This document shows positions 58,407 to 64,000 of a stretch of 64,000 bases of DNA, piece after piece. Each line of letters begins with the position of its first letter. Position 1 is the first letter of the stretch. Origin of the DNA: an uncultured Pseudomonadales bacterium. Lineage in GTDB: Bacteria; Patescibacteriota; Microgenomatia; UBA1400; RBG-16-45-19. The stretch is from positions 5,103 to 69,102 of the forward strand of contig CAYYKL010000004.1 in assembly GCA_964441155.1 (NCBI GenBank), read 5' to 3'. The notes beneath the pieces are model-generated. The model saw only the letters and a program-made list of their open reading frames with translations, was not told the DNA's origin and did not search any database. The position numbers and the translations under genes are program-made.

Positions 58407-58478
58407 GCCCTCGTAGCTTAAAGGATAAAGCAACGGTCTTCGGAACCGTTGATGGGGGTTCGATTCCCTCCGAGGGCA
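58407..58478 (+). tRNA. tRNA-Arg (anticodon TCG)
   Basis: GCCCTCGTAGCTTAAAGGATAAAGCAACGGTCTTCGGAACCGTTGATGGGGGTTCGATTCCCTCCGAGGGCA. Anticodon loop CTTCGGA. The acceptor stem GCCCTCG/CGAGGGC pairs. Confidence 0.8.
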
Positions 58479-58581
58479 CTTAAAATCACTAAAGTACATT
58501 CAAGCTTGTACATAACAGCACTTACCTTGAGGCAACTTTTTGATTTTTAACATATTATAATAGTGTGCAAGCTTTTTAATT

Positions 58582-58653
58582 GCGCCCATAGCTCAGTGGT
58601 AGAGCGGTCGCCTCTTAAGCGATTGGTCGAAGGTCCGAATCCTTCTGGGCGCA
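58582..58653 (+). tRNA. tRNA-Lys (anticodon CTT)
   Basis: GCGCCCATAGCTCAGTGGTAGAGCGGTCGCCTCTTAAGCGATTGGTCGAAGGTCCGAATCCTTCTGGGCGCA. Anticodon loop CTCTTAA. Confidence 0.85.
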
Positions 58654-58766
58654 CACATATGGAATCATTGCTTGAATTTTTTTCTTTTATGAGCGATCGT
58701 TTCCAAGCTTCACACTTTAATCCAAGCGCTTGAGCTCATATACTGATCATGATACGGTAATAAGGT

Positions 58767-59393
58767 ATGCCTAAGTCTTTAATTGTTATCGGATGGCTCG
58801 TGAGCTGCATCGTCATGCTTTCTGTCAGCACCACAACTCTTCAGTTTTTACTTAAGCCACAATATTTGCCTGAGAAAAATTCAAACTCCCAAGCAGTTAC
58901 GCTTCCTAATACCTCGCAAGTTGAGTCTCCGGCAACCTTAGGGATTGCTACCAGCGCAATGGTTGCCGACGCTCGCACAGAGATTATCGCTCGTTACTTG
59001 CATAAATATGATTCCCCCATGTCTGGATATGCGAGCTTAATAGTAGACACGGCTAATCTGGTTGCCAATGAATACAATTTAGATGCAACTCAGTTGGCAT
59101 ATCTCACTATTGCTATTGCGCAGAATGAAAGCAACCTGGGCAAGCGGATGCCAGAAAACTGCTTTAATGCTTGGGGATGGGGAATACATTCGGCCGGAAC
59201 ACTCTGTTTTGATAGCTGGGAAGAGGCAATACCAAAGTATATGAATGACTTTGCAAAAGAATATATGTATAAACAAGGACTCAATTCTCCAGAAGCAATC
59301 ATGAGTCGATACACTCCCCACTCACCAAATGGAGCGTGGGCAAAAAATGTTTCACACTTTCTTCATCTCATTGAGACTTATACATTTGAATAG
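58767..59393 (+). CDS. Membrane-anchored glucosaminidase-like (FlgJ/LytD-type) peptidoglycan hydrolase
   Basis: N-terminal TM. ...LTIAIAQNESNLGKRMPENCFNAWGWGIH... resembles the Glucosaminidase-domain motif (AQAxLESGWG...NNLFGI). Confidence 0.4.
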   Translation: MPKSLIVIGWLVSCIVMLSVSTTTLQFLLKPQYLPEKNSNSQAVTLPNTSQVESPATLGIATSAMVADARTEIIARYLHKYDSPMSGYASLIVDTANLVANEYNLDATQLAYLTIAIAQNESNLGKRMPENCFNAWGWGIHSAGTLCFDSWEEAIPKYMNDFAKEYMYKQGLNSPEAIMSRYTPHSPNGAWAKNVSHFLHLIETYTFE

Positions 59394-59453
59394 GCCGCAA
59401 AAAGATATTTTATTCAATTGCAACTTGGTTGGAGCAGAAGATTGCTCCAGTAG

Positions 59454-59482
59454 TTGACAATCCCATATTATTTTCATATAAT
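59454..59482 (+). promoter_or_regulatory. Consensus sigma70-type promoter (TTGACA-17-TATAAT)
   Basis: TTGACA at 59454..59459, a 17-nt spacer, and TATAAT at 59477..59482. An intrinsic terminator follows immediately. Confidence 0.5.
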
Positions 59483-59492
59483 ACCGCCACGT

Positions 59493-59533
59493 CCAACGGT
59501 TTCTCTCACCGGAGTTACTGTTGGATTTTTTTT
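59493..59533 (+). terminator. Intrinsic terminator (8-bp stem, T8 run)
   Basis: CCAACGGT-[16 nt loop]-ACTGTTGG followed by ATTTTTTTT. Confidence 0.55.
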
Positions 59534-59625
59534 ATTCTCTTTTTTAAGTGCCTATAAATTAGTAGAATTTTACGTTCAATCCTGTATACTCTTTTCTGGT
59601 CGTCCCATTTCTTAATGCAAAGATT

Positions 59626-59713
59626 GCCAGAGTGCTGGAACTGGTAGACAGGCACGGCTTAGGACCGTGTGCGGTTTTACCGCGTGTGGGTTCAAGTCCC
59701 TCCTCTGGCACCA
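59626..59713 (+). tRNA. tRNA-Leu (anticodon TAG), type II with a long variable arm; CCA encoded
   Basis: GCCAGAGTGCTGGAACTGGTAGACAGGCACGGCTTAGGACCGTG...GGGTTCAAGTCCCTCCTCTGGCACCA. Anticodon loop CTTAGGA. Confidence 0.8.
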
Positions 59714-59785
59714 TCAGTCGCATATTTTAAGTGCTTGTCAATTAGTGGCATTATTACTAATGTTTCTTGAGGTATACTACGTGCT

Positions 59786-60607
59786 ATGAAATTTACACTA
59801 TCTATTCCACTTTCTGACCATACTCAAGCTCGTAATGAGGTCATTGCCAAACTGGCGCTAAGCGTAACCGTTAAAGGGTTTCGCAAAGGCAAAGCACCGA
59901 TAGCCAAGGTTGAAGAAAAATTAGATGAGGGATACATTACCGAACAGACGGTCAATCATATATTCCCTTCAGCTTTTCGTATCTATTTGCAAAAAAATAA
60001 TCTTGAACCTATAGGCGATCCAAGCGTTACGATTACCTCAATTGAAAAAGATAAAGATTGGGAATTTGAAGTTGAGATTGCGCAAAAACCAGAGGTGATA
60101 TTGGGTGATTATGCAAAAAAAATTGCATCTCAAAATAGCGCCTCGCAAATAATTTTGCCAGGAGATGAAGCATCCAAGACGCAAGTTCCAGATAAAGAAA
60201 ACAAAATTAATAAAATTTTGGAATTATTATTAGAAGAAGTAAAAGTGGAAGTTCCGAAATTATTAGTTGAGCAGGAAGCAAACCGCAAATTAGCCACCCT
60301 TGTTAAGCAGATTACCGATATGGGGCTTACGGTAGATGCATATCTAAAATCTCAAAATATCACCAAAGAACAGCTTAAAGAGCAATATGAACATGCAGTT
60401 GAAACTAATCTCAGGGTAGATTTTACTCTAGAAGCAATCGCACTTGAGCAAAAGATCCAGGTGTCAGATATCGAATTACGTGAACAAATCAACAGTATCA
60501 ACGATCCACATGAGAGAAAACACGTTGAAGAAAGTGACATGTATCAAGCCAGTCTTCGGTATTCCCTCATGAGAAACAAAGTAATTGATTATCTCTTAAA
60601 CCTATAA
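59786..60607 (+). CDS. tig: Trigger factor, short form (ribosome-binding N-domain plus C-terminal chaperone domain; no PPIase domain)
   Basis: The GFRKGKAP signature in the N-terminal domain and a conserved TF C-terminal region. 273 aa against about 430 for canonical TF. Confidence 0.65.
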   Translation: MKFTLSIPLSDHTQARNEVIAKLALSVTVKGFRKGKAPIAKVEEKLDEGYITEQTVNHIFPSAFRIYLQKNNLEPIGDPSVTITSIEKDKDWEFEVEIAQKPEVILGDYAKKIASQNSASQIILPGDEASKTQVPDKENKINKILELLLEEVKVEVPKLLVEQEANRKLATLVKQITDMGLTVDAYLKSQNITKEQLKEQYEHAVETNLRVDFTLEAIALEQKIQVSDIELREQINSINDPHERKHVEESDMYQASLRYSLMRNKVIDYLLNL

Positions 60608-60683
60608 TATTACTTTTCTAAGGTGTTTATTGCTGATATAATTGTCGAGAGCTTGTTGAGCTCGTTTGTGGTAGGAAAAAAAT

Positions 60684-61331
60684 ATGAGCGATAACAGTCC
60701 ATTTCAGCCACTAAATCAGTCAAAAACAACTAAGCCTAAGCTTAACCAACAAAGCTTTGTTGAGGCGCTAAAAAACGTGGGCTCAGGTGTCGCAAACACA
60801 GTTAAGGATGATTTAATAAAGCCCATAGCTATGGATGCATGGGATAGTCTGGTTAAAAACCCAGGTAATTCAAGGCCGACTGAATCTAAATCCGCTTCCA
60901 GCTGGGATAACGACTGGCTTAAGCAACGAGAGGAAGAAATTCGAGCTCAAGAACGAGCCAAACGACGACATCAAGAGATATTAACGGCCAAACCATTGTT
61001 TGATCGTCAAGCTGAAGAAACAAAGGCTCAAATCAAAGCTATTCAGGACGAACTTAAAGCATTAGCTAAAGACATGGCGAGCTTGGGCACGTCTTTACAG
61101 CAAGCAATTGAAGAAGAAATTGTCAGTCCAGGAGCATATCACATCAGTTTTTTCGAAAAACTGCGCACGTTTATCGTGCAACTGCGCAAGCAAGTAAACG
61201 AATCATCGAACTGGTTGGAAGCGAGCTCGGCTCGAAAAGCAGCCAAAAAATCATATTGGGGTAATGTGAAAAAGCATGGCACCAAATACATGCTCTCAGA
61301 CGAGAGATCAAAAGCTACTCAAGCTGGCTAA
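60684..61331 (+). CDS. Hypothetical coiled-coil protein
   Basis: 215-aa ORF, K/E/Q-rich with a heptad character. No recognised family. Confidence 0.3.
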   Translation: MSDNSPFQPLNQSKTTKPKLNQQSFVEALKNVGSGVANTVKDDLIKPIAMDAWDSLVKNPGNSRPTESKSASSWDNDWLKQREEEIRAQERAKRRHQEILTAKPLFDRQAEETKAQIKAIQDELKALAKDMASLGTSLQQAIEEEIVSPGAYHISFFEKLRTFIVQLRKQVNESSNWLEASSARKAAKKSYWGNVKKHGTKYMLSDERSKATQAG

Positions 61332-61424
61332 AAAGCAAATTCGATGCGGTTAAGCCTTTTCAAATTTCTTCCTGGTGGTTACAATACGCCTGTCCTATTG
61401 AATCATGTTTAGATAAGTAGATTT

Positions 61425-61501
61425 GACCGCTTAGCTCAGTTGGCTAGAGCGCTTCGTTGACATCGAAGAGGTCGGAGGTTCAAGTCCTCCAGCGGTCACC
61501 A
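61425..61501 (+). tRNA. tRNA-Val (anticodon GAC); CCA encoded
   Basis: GACCGCTTAGCTCAGTTGGCTAGAGCGCTTCGTTGACATCGAAGAGGTCGGAGGTTCAAGTCCTCCAGCGGTCACCA. Anticodon loop TTGACAT. Confidence 0.85.
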
Positions 61502-61558
61502 ATTTTCGTACAGTGTGTTAATCGATTACAAGACCATACAAGACTTGATGAGGTGTTT

Positions 61559-61954
61559 ATGGACGGTGAGCCAAAGTTAGTCGTAAAAAGTGAAATGCCC
61601 CAAGATAGAACAGGTACGAGGACCATGTTTGATCCAACGGTCACTCGGTGGGAGATTTTTACTCGCAACCTTATAGCCGGCTTTGGCAGAGCACTGGGTG
61701 GGACCATCATTTATTTTGCTTTTCTTCTCATTGTCGGTGGCGTCGTTGGACAGATAGTTTTCCCCATATTTAAACCCTATATTGACTCGTATATGAATAT
61801 ATTGAGTGGTTTTAGTCAAATTAATAACCCCCAAAACACCACGAATGACCCCAGCATGCAAATTCAAGATAGAAACAATACGGAGACTTCTAATATCGAT
61901 GAGCTGTTAAAAAATCCCAAGGTGCAAGATTTGCTTGAGCAGTTTGCTCAATAA
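61559..61954 (+). CDS. Small hypothetical membrane protein
   Basis: The ORF-track start at 61457 lies inside tRNA-Val. ATG 61559 has GAGGTG 4 nt upstream and is the likely start. One or two TM helices. Confidence 0.35.
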   Translation: MDGEPKLVVKSEMPQDRTGTRTMFDPTVTRWEIFTRNLIAGFGRALGGTIIYFAFLLIVGGVVGQIVFPIFKPYIDSYMNILSGFSQINNPQNTTNDPSMQIQDRNNTETSNIDELLKNPKVQDLLEQFAQ

Positions 61955-61994
61955 CACGTTTTGCACATGATCCGTTTTAATTTATAACAATTCA

Positions 61995-62078
61995 ATGATA
62001 CACTTCCCTCACATGAAACAAAGTCTAATGATCGCCACTACAACTACCATGCTCCTAAACGGGGAAGTCGTGTTGTAG
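61995..62078 (+). CDS. Candidate thrS leader peptide (27 aa) with four consecutive Thr codons
   Basis: atg ata cac ttc cct cac atg aaa caa agt cta atg atc gcc ACT ACA ACT ACC atg ctc cta aac ggg gaa gtc gtg ttg tag translates to MIHFPHMKQSLMIATTTTMLLNGEVVL. The stop is 24 nt before a terminator hairpin. There is no clear SD. Confidence 0.4.
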   Translation: MIHFPHMKQSLMIATTTTMLLNGEVVL

Positions 62079-62102
62079 CAAAATTGCAAAGACACTTAAG
62101 CT

Positions 62103-62124
62103 AGCCCCGATTAGGGGCTTTTTT
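62103..62124 (+). terminator. Intrinsic terminator/attenuator 80 nt upstream of thrS
   Basis: AGCCCC-gatta-GGGGCT followed by TTTTTT. Confidence 0.55.
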
Positions 62125-62206
62125 AATGCGCGTCTGCGCAAAGCACACGTTCATAATTATAGATATATGCGTCATAATAGGAATTAGTTAGTAAAAAAGG
62201 AATCTC

Positions 62207-64000
62207 ATGTCGATTGCACCAAACAAAAAACAGGAGCAGGAATATCTAGACAAGCTCCGCCATTCAGCCGCCCATTTGCTCGCTGCCGCAGTGCTTGAAC
62301 TCAGGCCAGAAGCTAAGCCGACCATTGGGCCAAGTATTGATGATGGTTTTTATTACGATTTTGATTTTCAAGATAAACCTATCTCGGAAAACGACTTACC
62401 CAAAATTGAGCAAAAGATGCGTGAGCTAGTTAAAAAGTGGCAAGGCTTTGAACGAATTGAGGTTGACAAACACGCTGCACTGCAAAAAGTTGGCAATAAT
62501 GAATTTAAGCATGAGCTTATTGAAGAGTTTTCGGCTGAAGGGAAAACTCTATCAATATACAAATCGGGAGCGTTTGAAGATTTATGCCGTGGTGGCCACA
62601 TTGAGAACCCCAGTCTTGAACTCAAACACTTCAAGCTTATGAGTGTCGCGGGAGCGTATTGGCGGGGGAGTGAGAAAAACAAAATGCTAACCAGGATTTA
62701 TGGCACGGCGTGGAAAAGCAAAGAAGACTTGGATAAGTATCTTCAATTACTTGAAGAGGCCAAAAAGAGAGACCACCGCAAATTAGGCAAAGAACTCGGA
62801 TTATATTTCATTGACGACACAGTGGGCAAAGGATTAGTAATGTGGTTGCCAAATGGGGTAATTGTTCGTGACGAAATCGAAGCGCTGGTAAAAGAAAAAG
62901 AAAAACAAGCTGGATATATGCGCGTGAGCACCCCCCACATCGCTAAAGAAGAGCTGTATCTCACCTCAGGACATTTGCCATATTACAAAGACTCGATGTA
63001 TCCACCCATGATCATGGATGATGGCACGTATTATCTCAAGGCAATGAATTGTCCGCATCATCACCAAATTTATCTCCATGAACCTCGAAGTTACCGTGAT
63101 TTGCCATTGAGATTTGCTGAATACGGAACCTGTTACCGTAACGAGTTATCAGGCACGCTAGCCGGTTTGTTGCGAGTTCGCAGCATGGCAATGAATGACG
63201 CTCATATTTACTGCCGCAAAGACCAGATAAAACAAGAGATTTCGGCGGTGATAGAGTTAACGCAAGCGTATTTTTCGCTATTCGGATTAGAAAACTATTG
63301 GTTTAGGTTATCGAAATGGGATCCAAACCGAACCGAAAAATATTTTAATGAACCTGAAAATTGGGAGTATTCGCAGAACGTCATTCGCGAAGTGCTTGAA
63401 GAAATGAAAGTTGAGTATGTTGAAGTAGATGACGAAGCGGCGTTTTATGGTCCCAAAATTGACGTACAATTCCGCTCGGCGATCGGTCGAGAAGAAACCA
63501 TGTCTACTATTCAATTGGATTTTGTTGCCAGAAAGCGCTTTGGCTTGACCTATGCAGACAATGAAGGCACTCAAAATAGTGATGTGTTCGTGATTCATAG
63601 GGCACCACTTTCTGTGCACGAGCGTTTTTTAGCATTTCTCATTGAGCACTTCGCAGGAGCATTTCCCTTCTGGCTTAGCCCTTTGCAAGTCGTCGTGGTC
63701 CCCATAGCTAGACTCCATCATGATTATGCTCAAAAAATCGTTGACCAACTTGAGTCTCAATCAATTCGTGCTCATACCTGGAGTGATGGCAGTATGGGAA
63801 AAATGATTCGATTGGCTGAGAAGCAAAAGGTGCCGGTAATTGTGGTTGTCGGTGATAGGGAGCAAGCAGAACAAACAGTTTCTCTTCGACTACATGGGAA
63901 TCAATCTCAGGGCTCGGTTGCAATTCAAGCACTGATAGACACGCTTGTTTTGGCAAAATCACAACGCTTGCTTGACATGCCTCCTTTCAAGCAAACATAA
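62207..64000 (+). CDS. thrS: Threonyl-tRNA synthetase (lacks the N-terminal TGS domain)
   Basis: Editing-domain HSAAHLL, class II motifs (…FRLSKWDP…; …QLDFVARKRFGL…), and an anticodon-binding C-terminus. 597 aa; the stop falls at the window end. Confidence 0.9.
   Translation: MSIAPNKKQEQEYLDKLRHSAAHLLAAAVLELRPEAKPTIGPSIDDGFYYDFDFQDKPISENDLPKIEQKMRELVKKWQGFERIEVDKHAALQKVGNNEFKHELIEEFSAEGKTLSIYKSGAFEDLCRGGHIENPSLELKHFKLMSVAGAYWRGSEKNKMLTRIYGTAWKSKEDLDKYLQLLEEAKKRDHRKLGKELGLYFIDDTVGKGLVMWLPNGVIVRDEIEALVKEKEKQAGYMRVSTPHIAKEELYLTSGHLPYYKDSMYPPMIMDDGTYYLKAMNCPHHHQIYLHEPRSYRDLPLRFAEYGTCYRNELSGTLAGLLRVRSMAMNDAHIYCRKDQIKQEISAVIELTQAYFSLFGLENYWFRLSKWDPNRTEKYFNEPENWEYSQNVIREVLEEMKVEYVEVDDEAAFYGPKIDVQFRSAIGREETMSTIQLDFVARKRFGLTYADNEGTQNSDVFVIHRAPLSVHERFLAFLIEHFAGAFPFWLSPLQVVVVPIARLHHDYAQKIVDQLESQSIRAHTWSDGSMGKMIRLAEKQKVPVIVVVGDREQAEQTVSLRLHGNQSQGSVAIQALIDTLVLAKSQRLLDMPPFKQT

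Noticed and set aside
61955-62206. T-box riboswitch upstream of thrS
   Set aside because: No specifier-loop or T-box sequence (…AGGGUGGNACCGCG…) or antiterminator bulge motif was found. The leader instead holds a Thr-codon mini-ORF plus terminator, reported as a peptide-attenuator candidate.
1-64000. Alternative genetic code (UGA recoding, as in some CPR)
   Set aside because: Conserved genes (rplS, thrS, pgk, glgP-like, ppsA-like) are full length with standard stops, and no in-frame TGA interruptions were seen. The standard code fits.

Overview
This 64-kb window comes from a low-GC (roughly 40%, estimated by eye) bacterium that uses the standard genetic code. Genes are tightly packed, most have Shine-Dalgarno sites, and the intergenic regions are AT-rich. 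Several housekeeping proteins are shorter than usual: trigger factor has no PPIase domain, ThrRS has no N-terminal domain, and PGK is only 344 aa. That pattern fits a genome-reduced, possibly CPR-like uncultivated lineage, but this is inference.

Two large cell-envelope glycan clusters dominate the window, one at about 2.4-17.0 kb and one at 38.6-54.3 kb. Together they hold about ten GT2 and five GT4 glycosyltransferases, three Wzx-like flippases, two tandem PMT/ArnT-like GT-C enzymes, a GT22-like mannosyltransferase, and a Wzy/O-antigen-ligase-like domain. They also include two methyltransferases, an APH-like kinase, a SAF-domain oxidoreductase and a secreted glycoside-hydrolase-like protein. 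Three of the glycosyltransferases are unusual fusions: GT2-GT2, Wzx-GT4 and GT2-Wzy.

Between the clusters lie several surface and secreted proteins. These are a sortase next to a LAXTG-type substrate, two paralogous Thr/Ser-rich secreted proteins that share a C-terminal domain, a CARDB-like anchored protein next to a dockerin protein, and a CAP-domain protein. The same stretch carries metabolic genes (ppsA-like, alpha-glucan phosphorylase, pgk). Seven tRNAs are present, and the remaining housekeeping genes are the pyrG 3' end, rplS, tig, thrS, rsmB-like, capA-like and yraN.

The observations most worth a second look are listed here:
- a Thr-codon leader peptide plus terminator upstream of thrS, which looks like an attenuator;
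- tandem decayed tRNA-Lys-like repeats whose hairpins are kept by compensatory changes;
- the fusion glycosyltransferases, and a possible protein O/N-glycosylation module targeting the Thr/Pro-rich surface proteins;
- a (TTAA)6 tract and an A9 tract at glycosyltransferase genes, which could support phase variation.

I found no CRISPR array, no rRNA, and no integrase or transposase.
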